Positions 20,601 through 29,157 of a stretch of DNA of 46,440 nt are shown piece by piece. Numbering within the stretch: the first letter of the stretch is position 1; every line of letters begins with the position of its first letter. Below the pieces are notes generated by a model. It had not been told where the DNA came from and did no database searches. It saw nothing but the letters and a program-made list of their open reading frames with translations. Origin of the DNA: Escherichia phage vB_EcoS_AHS24. A program made the translations under genes and the position numbers. The DNA is taken from the sequence record NC_024784.1. The stretch is one strand, 5' to 3'.

Positions 20601-20990
20601 GGTGGAAATGTTCGTAGTCAGTTTATTTTTGATGCTAACAGGTTCGCAATCAGTAACGGCATTAGTTCTGGTTCCGGTCAGTGGTCGTTACCTTTCGTTG
20701 TGGAGAATAACCAGGTGTTCATTCAGAGCGCGGTGATTCAGGATGGTTCAATTACTAACGCGAAGATTGGTAACAGGATTCAATCAAACAACTATGTTGC
20801 TGGTAGTGCTGGTTGGGCAATTGATAAATCTGGTTTTGCTGAGTTAAGTAACGCTACCGTTCGCGGTAGTTTGTACGCTAACAATGGTAACTTCGCGTTT
20901 AACGGAACCAACAATACTGTCGTAATAAACAATAACGGCATAACTGTTAATTTACCAAATGGAGGTAGGGTAGTGGTTGGAGTATGGTAA
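17604..20990 (+). CDS. tail tip / host specificity protein (lambda J-like)
   Basis: >1100 aa after K and I; ATG 17604 with GAGG RBS (ORF track start 17565). Confidence 0.85.
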   Translation: MADLPKIYGSKGGSKKPHTPVEQEDNLISLNKIKVLLAVADGEVDSSFSLKDVYLADVPVQNQDNSFNYEGVTAEFRAGTQSQDYIAGLDGATSEIQVSREINKDTPYIIAVNNSQLSAIRVKLFWPRLVKQEENGDLNGTTCEYAIDLSVNGAAYTEYTRGVANGKTTTGYDRSIRVNLPAEFSSALVRIRKLTPDSTSSTLVNGMQITTYQEVIDAKFRYPLTALVYVEFSSDLFPNGIPTIAIKKKWKLIRVPTNYNPETRTYSGAWNGTFKMAWSDNPAWVLYDLVVSQRYGLDQRELGVEIDKWGLYEAAQFCDQMVPDGKGGMEPRYTCNVVIQQKVEAYQLIRDICSIFRGLTFYDGEQIGIVVDRPRQPSYVFTNDNVVDGLFNRTFSSDKSLYTTANVQFDDEQNNYQQDVEPVFDLEATRRFGYNPVDLTAIGCVRRSEANRRGRWLLKTNLRSETVTFTTGLEGMIPMIGDVIAVNDQAWSSNYTLNLSGRIVEATGLQVFVPFAIDADPGDRILINKPDGSPEYRTIASVSADKLTLELNTAFSFTPQPDTVFAIDKQNLALQQYVVTGIQKANTDGEDSFQYSITAVQYDPNKYDEIDYGVNIDDRPTSIVDPDRILPPENITVTSYSKVVQGLSVETMVIGYDKVQYAKTYNVQWRKNNGNWINVPETANTEVDIEGIYAGIYDVRVRAVTDQKSVSAWSDITTVSLTGKIGEPSEPPVITASDDEVFGIRVKWGFPTDSADTAYTELQQVPDNGDGTYNPESASLLTLVPYPQYEYWHTTLPAGNVRWYRARIIDRIGNVSPWTDFVRGMASDDVSAIIGDIKVDIESSDGYKYLLQNAIDANTDIQNQAEAIIENALANDTDVRVMKRENGARKAEYRQAVSLIADETQARVDALTQLKAQIDDEIVGQITTIETALATETEARATADTQLSARLGDNEAALNQKLDSYATVEGVGVQYGVKLGLKYNGVEYGAGMSMELTGSGGNVRSQFIFDANRFAISNGISSGSGQWSLPFVVENNQVFIQSAVIQDGSITNAKIGNRIQSNNYVAGSAGWAIDKSGFAELSNATVRGSLYANNGNFAFNGTNNTVVINNNGITVNLPNGGRVVVGVW

Positions 20991-20996
20991 ATGATT

Positions 20997-21020
20997 AAGC
21001 CCCTTTCGGGGCTTTTTCTT
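20997..21020. terminator. bidirectional intrinsic terminator
   Basis: AAGCCCC-tttc-GGGGCTT flanked by A/T runs between convergent J-like and RBP genes. Confidence 0.7.
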
Positions 21021-21992
21021 TTAGTAGAAGTTGGGAATAAATGGAAGTGCCATTGATATGTTTGTATCAAATGGGAATTGCGCGCCAGTTTGAGTTGAAT
21101 AGTTACCTATAACAGTGCCTGGGACGGCTCTAACTGAACCTCCAGACATGCAAACACCCTTGTATCGTAAGTTATTATATCCACCAGTGACTCTAGTTGT
21201 CGCTCCGCATCTAAGTATTGGGAAGAACCCACCATTCACCGACTGGTAACCATTATTAATCTGCATAAATCCACTTAGAACAAATGGCCTCCTGACGCTA
21301 GAGAAAACTATCTGCCCAGCGCTGTTTGATATCGTTAAACCCGGACCAGCTACTGGAGGTGTATTATTGAAAATAACTAACTGAACGTAAGTACTTGCAG
21401 CAACATCATCAATCCCATTGTATGTTATATCCCTACACCATATCGTACTACCATCACTTTCAAGGGATACGTTTGGGTTATCCCATTTACCAAAAGGAAT
21501 GCCGCCAACTGGCAATGATGCAGAGCCATTAACCTGAATGCCACCAACCCAAGCAGCAGTCATTAATCTGGAATTGCTTGATATCGCTGTAAAGTCAGTC
21601 GAGTTCTCAACAAGGACACCGGGGATTGATTGTGATGATGCTGGTAAAATCTCAAAGCACTGACCGCCAAACTGCAATATGCGACCATTAGCGCCGTTAA
21701 AGTTACTTAATGTAATCCTTCCAACCCCATCGTTAACCTTCGAGAACCCATTCATGTAATAAACTTCTGGTATAACATCATATGCATCAACATAAACAGC
21801 CTGAGTTGGCAGGCAGAATGCTGTTGAGCCAGGAGTCATAGTCAAACCGAAATCCCATGATGATGCTGGTGAGCTTAACCCGATAGTGTTTATTGAACCA
21901 GTCACGGCTGGAACTCTCAAGCCAGCTGTGATTTCCATTGCTGGCCTTCCGTCATTCAAATCTATCAAGATACCTTGAGGCATTATTTCCAC
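21021..21992 (-). CDS. receptor-binding protein (putative)
   Basis: 323 aa reverse-strand ORF downstream of J-like gene, translationally coupled to upstream lipoprotein gene. Confidence 0.45.
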   Translation of the reverse strand: MEIMPQGILIDLNDGRPAMEITAGLRVPAVTGSINTIGLSSPASSWDFGLTMTPGSTAFCLPTQAVYVDAYDVIPEVYYMNGFSKVNDGVGRITLSNFNGANGRILQFGGQCFEILPASSQSIPGVLVENSTDFTAISSNSRLMTAAWVGGIQVNGSASLPVGGIPFGKWDNPNVSLESDGSTIWCRDITYNGIDDVAASTYVQLVIFNNTPPVAGPGLTISNSAGQIVFSSVRRPFVLSGFMQINNGYQSVNGGFFPILRCGATTRVTGGYNNLRYKGVCMSGGSVRAVPGTVIGNYSTQTGAQFPFDTNISMALPFIPNFY

Positions 21993-22226
21993 TCCTTTGA
22001 GCCGTGATCTGCAACTGAGCCGCCGTAGCCTCCACCAACCTTTTGCTCAATACCAGCATAACGAATATCAACCTCTCCAGCTGGAACAACTACGCCACCC
22101 TTCCATTTAGCTACGCATACACCAGAGGCCTGAGTTGCACACCATCCGTCAGGTCGCGGGCCAGAAGAACAACCTACTGTCATGATTACTGCTGCTGCGA
22201 TGATTGCTGATTTGATGAAGTTAGTC
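21983..22226 (-). CDS. lipoprotein, putative superinfection-exclusion (Cor/Llp-like)
   Basis: Signal peptide [20 protein letters not shown] with Cys at lipobox position; 81 aa from ATG 22226 with AAGGAA RBS; ORF track extends to 22303. Confidence 0.55.
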
Positions 22227-22267
22227 ATTTTGTATTCCTTAGTAAGTATGTTTCGTTTCGATGGAGT

Positions 22268-22314
22268 AACTATAGCAAAGGCTGCCGCGGTAGTCTTTAG
22301 CAAATCGTGCTATT
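22268..22314 (-). promoter_or_regulatory. promoter cassette copy (minus strand)
   Basis: Minus-strand AAATAGCACGATTTGCTAAAG, 23-bp spacer, TATAGTTAC, leader TCCATCGAAACGAAAC; upstream of lipoprotein/RBP operon. Confidence 0.6.
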
Positions 22315-22380
22315 TGATATACGCGTAACCGATGTAACTCGATGTATACAATCTCATCCGCGGAAAATTATATACGCTTT

Positions 22381-22462
22381 TTACGCGCAGATACGCATTG
22401 GTTACATTTATAAATCCTTATATAATAAGGGTTTGGAGTATTATTATTATTATATATATTAC
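22381..22462. repeat. AT-rich element with (TTA)4 microsatellite, copy A
   Basis: GGTTACATTTATAAATCCTTATATAATAA...TTATTATTATTATATATAT; homologous to 42262..42342. Confidence 0.6.
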
Positions 22463-22667
22463 TATGTATATCTTGTAACTACTCTCTATAGCTATGTTGG
22501 TATGTTTTTCTAAAATACTATGTTTGATTTCCTGTTAAGGATTAAATGCATATAGATATAGATAGGGTGCAAATTTGGTGGATACATTAGTTACAAGAGT
22601 TACACTCAGCATCCATGCGGCGTGCGAAGTCTCAAAGCGTATTTGGGTGCGTTTTACACCGATATAC

Positions 22668-22714
22668 AAAATAGCACGAATAATCAAAACGTATACGACA
22701 TGATTGGGTATAGT
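22668..22714 (+). promoter_or_regulatory. promoter cassette copy (variant motif)
   Basis: AAATAGCACGAATAATCAAA + 22 bp + TATAGT; upstream of Rha-like gene. Confidence 0.5.
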
Positions 22715-22816
22715 GCACTTACAGGCAGCAATGGTGCTGCGTCTATCTACCAAAAAATGGTAGATACAAATGAAATCGCTCCTCAAACTCGGGAGCGGTA
22801 ACGAGGGAGAATAGAT

Positions 22817-23446
22817 ATGAATCTGATGAATATTGATGAAAACGTAACCATGAGTAGCCTTGAGATTGCTGAATTAACTGGAAAGGAACACTTTATAGTA
22901 CTAAGGGATATTAGGGATATGCTTAATAGGCAGTTTGGTGATGGAGGAGAATACAAATTTGTATCCTCCTACAAATCAAGCCAGAACAAGGATTTACCAA
23001 TGTATAACCTAAAATTCAGGGAAACGATGATTTTGATGGCTGGTTATAGCCAGGAAATTGCTGCCAGAATCATTGACCGCTGGCTTCACCTTGAGCGGGA
23101 GAACAAGTTACTCAAAGAGCACATGGCCAAGATGGTATCTTACGATCTGGTATTAAAAGAGAAGCAGCAAACCAACAAGGAGCTATCGGCACGCAATCGC
23201 GCCGAAGATGAGGTTTACAAGCTAGAGAAGATTATTTATAAGTATATTGATAAGGCTTCAAATGGTGAAGAGATTCACGATGAGCTTTATAAGGTTAAAT
23301 TTGAATCTAGCAGGCTCTTTGATGCTCTTGAGATGGTTTACTCATATCAATCTCAGTGTGAAATTCTTTGCCAGAAGTTAAACGACAAGGATGAGTTGAT
23401 CTCTAATCTGGTAGATAAGAATAGCGAGATTATTAAGTTGAAATAA
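22817..23446 (+). CDS. Rha-like phage regulatory protein
   Basis: N-terminal SSLEIAELTGKEHFIVLRDIRDML resembles Rha-family signature; coiled-coil C-terminus. Confidence 0.5.
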   Translation: MNLMNIDENVTMSSLEIAELTGKEHFIVLRDIRDMLNRQFGDGGEYKFVSSYKSSQNKDLPMYNLKFRETMILMAGYSQEIAARIIDRWLHLERENKLLKEHMAKMVSYDLVLKEKQQTNKELSARNRAEDEVYKLEKIIYKYIDKASNGEEIHDELYKVKFESSRLFDALEMVYSYQSQCEILCQKLNDKDELISNLVDKNSEIIKLK

Positions 23447-23519
23447 TAGGCAAAACCAATTGGATAAACTTAGCTACGGATGTCATAGTTAAACCACATA
23501 AACAGAGAGAGATAGAAAA

Positions 23520-23714
23520 ATGGCATACTTCATTATTCAAGAGCGAAATAACCCTATTTTCGGAACATGTTACTACTGTGTAGATGGCTCAGGTTACACA
23601 AGCAATAAATCAGAGGCAGCAAGATTTGAGACAAAGCAGGAAGCTATTGAATACGCCCACGTGACAGATGAGGAGCTTGGTTCAGTAATGAAGATTATTA
23701 AGGTGAAGGAATAA
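23520..23714 (+). CDS. hypothetical protein
   Basis: 64 aa ORF with RBS. Confidence 0.4.
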   Translation: MAYFIIQERNNPIFGTCYYCVDGSGYTSNKSEAARFETKQEAIEYAHVTDEELGSVMKIIKVKE

Positions 23715-23717
23715 ATC

Positions 23718-24677
23718 ATGAGCTTCAAGGTTTACACTAGCGACGAGTTAACCAACGAAGCCTACCACAAGGAGTCAGACCATGTGTCTGGCTCTGGTCT
23801 GGCTCACATCTTCTCAACTTGCCCCGCTGCTTATAAGTTTGCAGAGCATGATGATAGCAATAAGGCGTTAAAGTTCGGTACATTAGCCCACACGGTTATT
23901 CTTGAAAACTCTGTATTCGATGCGACTTACTATCGCCAGCCAGCGCAAGAAGAGTTTGAGGATCTGATTACTAGCAAGACTGCTTTGGCAACTCGGTTGA
24001 AGTCGATGGGTATTGCTGGAACATCTGGTAAGGATTATCCAGAATTAATGGAGATTCTGGCGCTGAGCGGTGAATCACTTAACGTATGGTGGGATATTCA
24101 GCGCTCTAGCGAGGTTAAAGCGAACGGTCGCGAGATTGTATCAGCTAAAGACTTTGACACAGTACATGCGATGCGAGAGGTGCTGTGTGGCATTCCTGCA
24201 TACAATGCGATAGTAAACAGCAAGACCGCTCAGCGAGAGTTATCAATTTTCGGTGAGATTAACGAGTGTGGTGTAAAGGTTCGTCTTGACCATGTTGACG
24301 TGGTTGATGATGTGGTTTATATACGAGATTATAAGACCACTAGCGACGCGTCTCCGTCTGGATTTGGGAGATTGGCATTAAAGCATGGCTACTTGCTAAA
24401 AATGTCCCTTCAACATGATTTGTTTGTTCGCGCCTTTGGTGAAAAACGTAAAGTTGTTGTACAGCTTCTTTGCCAGGAGAAGAAAAGCCCTTTCTTGCCA
24501 ATGTGCTACACGATAACTAAGGAGCAATTAAAGGTTGGTAGATTGCAGTATATGAGCGCGCTTTCTACGTACAAGCAATGCAAGAAACTTGATATTTGGC
24601 CTGGTTACGGATTTGGCGAAACAGAGATGGATTTGCAGATACCGGAATATGAGATGAAAAAATATGAATTGGCATGA
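23718..24677 (+). CDS. PD-(D/E)XK family recombination exonuclease
   Basis: VVYIRDYKTT D-x-K motif; sits directly upstream of Erf/SSB. Confidence 0.6.
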   Translation: MSFKVYTSDELTNEAYHKESDHVSGSGLAHIFSTCPAAYKFAEHDDSNKALKFGTLAHTVILENSVFDATYYRQPAQEEFEDLITSKTALATRLKSMGIAGTSGKDYPELMEILALSGESLNVWWDIQRSSEVKANGREIVSAKDFDTVHAMREVLCGIPAYNAIVNSKTAQRELSIFGEINECGVKVRLDHVDVVDDVVYIRDYKTTSDASPSGFGRLALKHGYLLKMSLQHDLFVRAFGEKRKVVVQLLCQEKKSPFLPMCYTITKEQLKVGRLQYMSALSTYKQCKKLDIWPGYGFGETEMDLQIPEYEMKKYELA

Positions 24678-25137
24678 TTGGTTTTATTACAGTGAAGGTT
24701 TAATATTTTGGAAGGTTAAGCCATCAAGAGTTATACGTGTCGGATGGGAGGCTGGAAGGGTCGAAAAGACAGGATACAAGAGAGTTGGTCTTGATAAGAA
24801 GATATACTTTGTGCACAGAGTTGTATGGGAGATGTTTAACGGACCAATACCGAAAGGAATGCAAGTCGATCATATAAATCATGATAATGGGGATGACAGA
24901 ATTGAAAACCTTAGACTTGTCACTTGCTCTGATAACAATAAAAATAAATCAATAGGCAAAAACTCAACAACTGGAGTTCAAGGTGTAACTTTTTGCAAAA
25001 GGATGAATAAATATAAAGCGTCAGTTAGGTGTGATGGTAAGTATTACCACTGTGGGTACTTTAACTCCTTGAGTGATGCTGCGGAATCAAGAAGGAATAA
25101 GCTGTTAGAGCTTGGATTTCATGAAAATCACGAATGA
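24664..25137 (+). CDS. HNH homing endonuclease (HNH + AP2-like domain)
   Basis: VDHINHDNGDDRIENLR motif; paralog of 562..1077; inserted between exonuclease and Erf. Confidence 0.75.
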   Translation: MNWHDWFYYSEGLIFWKVKPSRVIRVGWEAGRVEKTGYKRVGLDKKIYFVHRVVWEMFNGPIPKGMQVDHINHDNGDDRIENLRLVTCSDNNKNKSIGKNSTTGVQGVTFCKRMNKYKASVRCDGKYYHCGYFNSLSDAAESRRNKLLELGFHENHE

Positions 25138-25182
25138 TATAGCACGAATAGCTAAAACAAGATTAAATAGGTGAGGTATAGT
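25137..25182 (+). promoter_or_regulatory. promoter cassette copy
   Basis: ATATAGCACGAATAGCTAAA + 22 bp + TATAGTTAC + leader ATCGACAACGAGAGG; upstream of Erf/SSB. Confidence 0.6.
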
Positions 25183-25209
25183 TACCTAATCGACAACGAG
25201 AGGAAAAGT

Positions 25210-25860
25210 ATGAATACCAGCGATAAAAACACAAACGTTTTAAAGGCTCTATTTGAGGCCAAGAGCAAGTTTGCGAAGGCTGAAAAGTCCAAGCAGAACT
25301 CGCACCTTAAAAACAAATACGCAACCCTTGATGACGTTCTGGCGGCTGTAGAGCCAGGTTTAGAAGATAGCGGGCTAGTAATGTTCCAGAGTATGCTGGA
25401 ATCTGAAGCTGCAAATCAGATTAAGGTTGAGACTAAGATTTACCATGCTGAGTCTGCTGAATGGGTTTCTTTCCTTACTATCGTTCCTCTGTCTAAAAAT
25501 GATTGCCAAGGGACTGGCTCATCATTAACGTACGCTAGACGCTACGCCATTACGGCAGCCCTCGGCCTTAGCCAGGCTGATGATGATGGCAACCTGGCAG
25601 TCAAGAGTGTAAAAGACTGGAAGCGCGAAGTAGAGAAGGCAGAGACTCGAGATGAACTCGTAGAGGTTTACAAGGCTTGCAAATCACAAGCAGATGCCGC
25701 AACTTGGGGTATCGTGGAGAAATATATTATCGATAAGCAAGCCGAGATTAAGATGGCTTCTGCAAGTGGATTCAACCCAGCAAAACCAAAAGAAGTAACT
25801 AAAGTTGTTGCAAATGCAACGAATGAAGCTGTAGAATCACAATCAATCGAGCAGTTCTAA
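25210..25860 (+). CDS. erf: Erf-family single-strand annealing protein
   Basis: 216 aa from ATG 25210; N-terminal region typical of ERF family; ORF track start 25171 is GTG inside leader. Confidence 0.65.
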   Translation: MNTSDKNTNVLKALFEAKSKFAKAEKSKQNSHLKNKYATLDDVLAAVEPGLEDSGLVMFQSMLESEAANQIKVETKIYHAESAEWVSFLTIVPLSKNDCQGTGSSLTYARRYAITAALGLSQADDDGNLAVKSVKDWKREVEKAETRDELVEVYKACKSQADAATWGIVEKYIIDKQAEIKMASASGFNPAKPKEVTKVVANATNEAVESQSIEQF

Positions 25861-25907
25861 ATTAAAAGGTGCTTCGGCAACATAATCAAACGAGAAGAGA
25901 GAATAAT

Positions 25908-26330
25908 ATGCACGTAATTACAGGTCAGATTCGTAAAGCCCCTTTCACTAAAGACGGTCAGAATGCTAAAGGTAACTGGAAGATGTACGCTATCGAAATG
26001 AGCGAATCTTACAAGACAAAAGACGGCGAGCGCAAGTATACGAATTACCGAATTACACTTTTTGCTAGTGAGGCTCAGATTAGTTGGTATGACGAAGCAT
26101 TTCAGGAAGGAAAAGTTATCTCTGTGAGCGGCGATTCATTAGCGGTTAATGAGCGCGAACATAATGGCAAGACATATATTACGCTTGAGTTGCAGAATCC
26201 TCGATTGATGTTTAGTCAGCGAGGAGGTGAATCAGAAAAGCAGCAGCAGCGACAACAAGCTCAACAGCAACAAAGACAGCAGCCGCAGCAACAAAGCCGA
26301 TTTAGTGATGAAGAGGATATTCCGTTTTAA
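25908..26330 (+). CDS. ssb: single-stranded DNA-binding protein
   Basis: OB-fold-like N-terminus, Gln-rich linker, acidic C-terminal tail DEEDIPF. Confidence 0.8.
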   Translation: MHVITGQIRKAPFTKDGQNAKGNWKMYAIEMSESYKTKDGERKYTNYRITLFASEAQISWYDEAFQEGKVISVSGDSLAVNEREHNGKTYITLELQNPRLMFSQRGGESEKQQQRQQAQQQQRQQPQQQSRFSDEEDIPF

Positions 26331-26340
26331 TGCAAAAGAT

Positions 26341-26364
26341 AAAGCCCCTTTCGGGGCTTTTTTA
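26341..26364. terminator. bidirectional intrinsic terminator
   Basis: AAAGCCCC-tttc-GGGGCTTT between convergent SSB and tail fibre genes; same core as 20997..21020. Confidence 0.7.
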
Positions 26365-29079
26365 TTGTGACGTTACATCACCATTCAAACTCAAAAATAC
26401 TGATTGTTTTGTCAAATCAACACCACCTTTAAGCGAATAGTATCTTGAAGCGCAATAATCAGACTCATCTGAATAGCTGCCAACGTAAACACCAAAGCCA
26501 TATCCAGAGCAAGCTACATCACCAGCGCCTTGACCTGAATACATGGTTACATAGTTACCGGCTGTTGTTAGTATAGGTCTGACATCAATATCTATATACT
26601 GAGAATCAAATGACCTTCTAACTCTAAATCCAGTATTCAGGTTTAAGATGCTCCACCAAACCTTACCAGATACATCAAAACCAAGAGCAATATTGTAAGT
26701 ACCACCGTTGACCATTCTTGATGAGACTGGCAACACACCTGATAAAACTCTTGTTTCACCTGATGCTGATATTAACAATGAGACACTGTGTTCTCCTGAT
26801 GCCATCACGTTATACTGCAAGTAAAGAGCATTACTATTAACCCCAAAACCAGTCCCTATAGCCATAAGGTTAAAGTCTTCAGCAACAGTTATGGTCGGCG
26901 ATATATTGCATGTAGCGGTGAAACCTAGTGACGGGTCAAATCCAGTGCATATAATCTTATCTTTATTTGCCTGTGAAAGCCTTAGCCAATATTGCTGCCC
27001 AACTGATGATGCTGCTGCGGCGAATACTGGTGTATTAGAGACCCCATCAAAAGCTGAAGTGTCGTTTGCTGGCTTAATTCTTGTCTTCCTTTTGTCTATC
27101 AGTCCGTTTATCTTCAGGTTTCCTGAATACTCAGCAACATAGTTAGTGTCCCCTGAGAAATTTGGGCCAAAGTAACCAGATTCAACAACCCCATCGATCA
27201 CAACATCAGATCTTGAGTCAAGGAATCTGAAGTTGCCAGCGGAAGTTGGCCTTCCATCGCCATTGTTAGATACATAGTTAAGCCCAACAAAACCATAGAT
27301 TCTTACAGAGCTATTTGAAAACGAAACGTTATAATCTCTGTAGTTTGAGTTTATGCTGTTCCTGTTACTATTTAATCCATTAAATACCACATTTCTAGAG
27401 TTTACAATTCTAACACCGTCACCACCGCAATCCTGCGCCTCTATAGCTGACATGGTGATGTTTTGGCAGTTATCAATCAGGATGCCATAAGCATCATCAA
27501 GCTCATTATAAGCCGACCAACCCGACCAAATAAACTTACCGCCAACAATCCTACAGTTTCCGGCATTCCTAAGTATTAGACAATTTCTTCCACAGGTGTT
27601 TACCTGTATGTTATTCCATGTGAAGTCTGTTGTTTCGTTAATCAATCCGTCTTTTTTTATGTGCTGAATAAGAACATCATCAAGAACAGGAGAGTAGTTA
27701 CCAGCAGCAACGAAAATTCCGTAAACATCAAACCCAGCAATGTGAGTGTTTCTTATCGTTAAGTCCCTTCTAGGGTCAGCACCAGTGTTGAATGGGTAAT
27801 TGGTTGATAACCCAGTCGGAGTAGGGATGTAAATCCCAGCAGTACCATCAGTAAACGCCGTGTCTTGCTGGGCTCCAGTGCCGTAAAGAGCAATACCTTC
27901 AATATGAATGAGCGAGCAAGAATCAGAAACCTCAATTAAAGAGCCAATTGATGAACTAAGCTGAGTTATTCTTGACTTGTGCTTGCCAAAACCAATTATA
28001 GAGCAAGATTTATTTCTCATTACCAGGTTTGATGCCATGTAGTCGCTATCAAGCTTTAATGCCAGCCCGGAGTCTAGGATTTGCTGTATCTGTGTCGTTG
28101 AGTCTGATGTCGATGACTTAATGGCCCCAAGTTCGCAAGGCGACAGCTCCCCGCTACAGATTCTTTCCCAGTAATAACCGGTACTTGATTCAAAAACCAA
28201 TCCTGAAGATAATCCATATGATAAAGATGACTCCGGCTTACAAACAAAGAACCCACCACCATAACCAAGACCACCAATGTAAGAATCACAATAGACAACC
28301 TCTAAGTCATAAATTCTGGCAGAGTTTGTCATTGCTGATACTGATTCAAACCTTCTTGTGTAATCCTGTTGAATCCAAAAACCAACTCCAATACCACCTG
28401 TAGACTGTGGTGATGAGTTTTGTGGTATGGATTTTGGAACGCTACCAGACCAGTAATAAACCGAAACATGATTGTCATTAAAGTAAATTGCAGGCTGAGT
28501 TCTTGAGTTTATTTCTCCACCATTTGAGAAATCAACTACAAGAGCAGATGACACAGAAGCCGCAGCAGAGCTTGCTATTGTAGCTGAAGAGGAAGCCGAG
28601 TTAGCGCTACTTTCAGCTAACTGCCTATCAGAAGATACCTGATCTTTGTCAGAAGAAACTTGAGCAGCATCAACAGCAACTTGCTGAGATTGCATGTTGA
28701 CATTATTTACGCTTTGCTGGAAAGAATCAGAATCAAATTGATTAAAAGCATCAACTGCCGCTGCAACCTCTGTTTCACGGGACTGATAATAACGAAGTGT
28801 CTCAGCAACGTCCTGAGCAAGACCTTGGACAGTAATTCCGTCATGAGCAAGGATTGAGTACTGAGTCCCAGCTGGCGCAGTAAAACCTTTATCATTGAAT
28901 ACACGAATCTCTGTATCGCTTAAAATCTCAGCGATAGTAACAATGCTTGTCGGGGTGGTGTTAAAAATCATTGTTGCGCCAACTCGGATTAGTGTTAGTG
29001 GTTGCCTCCACGTGGTGCCAACACCAGTTACAGTTCCGTCAGCTGCAAGCGATGCAGTTCCAGCGTCATAAATTGCCAT
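26362..29079 (-). CDS. tail fibre protein
   Basis: 905 aa reverse-strand ORF with AGGAGA RBS; Ser/Ala-rich linker and long Gly/Asn/Ser/Thr-rich repetitive region. Confidence 0.7.
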   Translation of the reverse strand: MAIYDAGTASLAADGTVTGVGTTWRQPLTLIRVGATMIFNTTPTSIVTIAEILSDTEIRVFNDKGFTAPAGTQYSILAHDGITVQGLAQDVAETLRYYQSRETEVAAAVDAFNQFDSDSFQQSVNNVNMQSQQVAVDAAQVSSDKDQVSSDRQLAESSANSASSSATIASSAAASVSSALVVDFSNGGEINSRTQPAIYFNDNHVSVYYWSGSVPKSIPQNSSPQSTGGIGVGFWIQQDYTRRFESVSAMTNSARIYDLEVVYCDSYIGGLGYGGGFFVCKPESSLSYGLSSGLVFESSTGYYWERICSGELSPCELGAIKSSTSDSTTQIQQILDSGLALKLDSDYMASNLVMRNKSCSIIGFGKHKSRITQLSSSIGSLIEVSDSCSLIHIEGIALYGTGAQQDTAFTDGTAGIYIPTPTGLSTNYPFNTGADPRRDLTIRNTHIAGFDVYGIFVAAGNYSPVLDDVLIQHIKKDGLINETTDFTWNNIQVNTCGRNCLILRNAGNCRIVGGKFIWSGWSAYNELDDAYGILIDNCQNITMSAIEAQDCGGDGVRIVNSRNVVFNGLNSNRNSINSNYRDYNVSFSNSSVRIYGFVGLNYVSNNGDGRPTSAGNFRFLDSRSDVVIDGVVESGYFGPNFSGDTNYVAEYSGNLKINGLIDKRKTRIKPANDTSAFDGVSNTPVFAAAASSVGQQYWLRLSQANKDKIICTGFDPSLGFTATCNISPTITVAEDFNLMAIGTGFGVNSNALYLQYNVMASGEHSVSLLISASGETRVLSGVLPVSSRMVNGGTYNIALGFDVSGKVWWSILNLNTGFRVRRSFDSQYIDIDVRPILTTAGNYVTMYSGQGAGDVACSGYGFGVYVGSYSDESDYCASRYYSLKGGVDLTKQSVFLSLNGDVTSQ

Positions 29080-29131
29080 GTTATTTCTCCTATTTGATAG
29101 ATGAAACCTATTGTATCAGATTAAATGCAAT

Positions 29132-29152
29132 AAAAAACCCTCCGAAGAGGGT
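29132..29152 (-). terminator. intrinsic terminator (minus strand)
   Basis: Minus-strand ACCCTC-ttcg-GAGGGT + T6 after primase gene. Confidence 0.7.
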
Positions 29153-29157
29153 GATTG

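Noticed and set aside
22307-22513. 68-aa plus-strand ORF in the AT-rich divergent region
   Set aside because: Translation is dominated by the (TTA)n microsatellite (YYYYIYYY), no RBS; region is regulatory.
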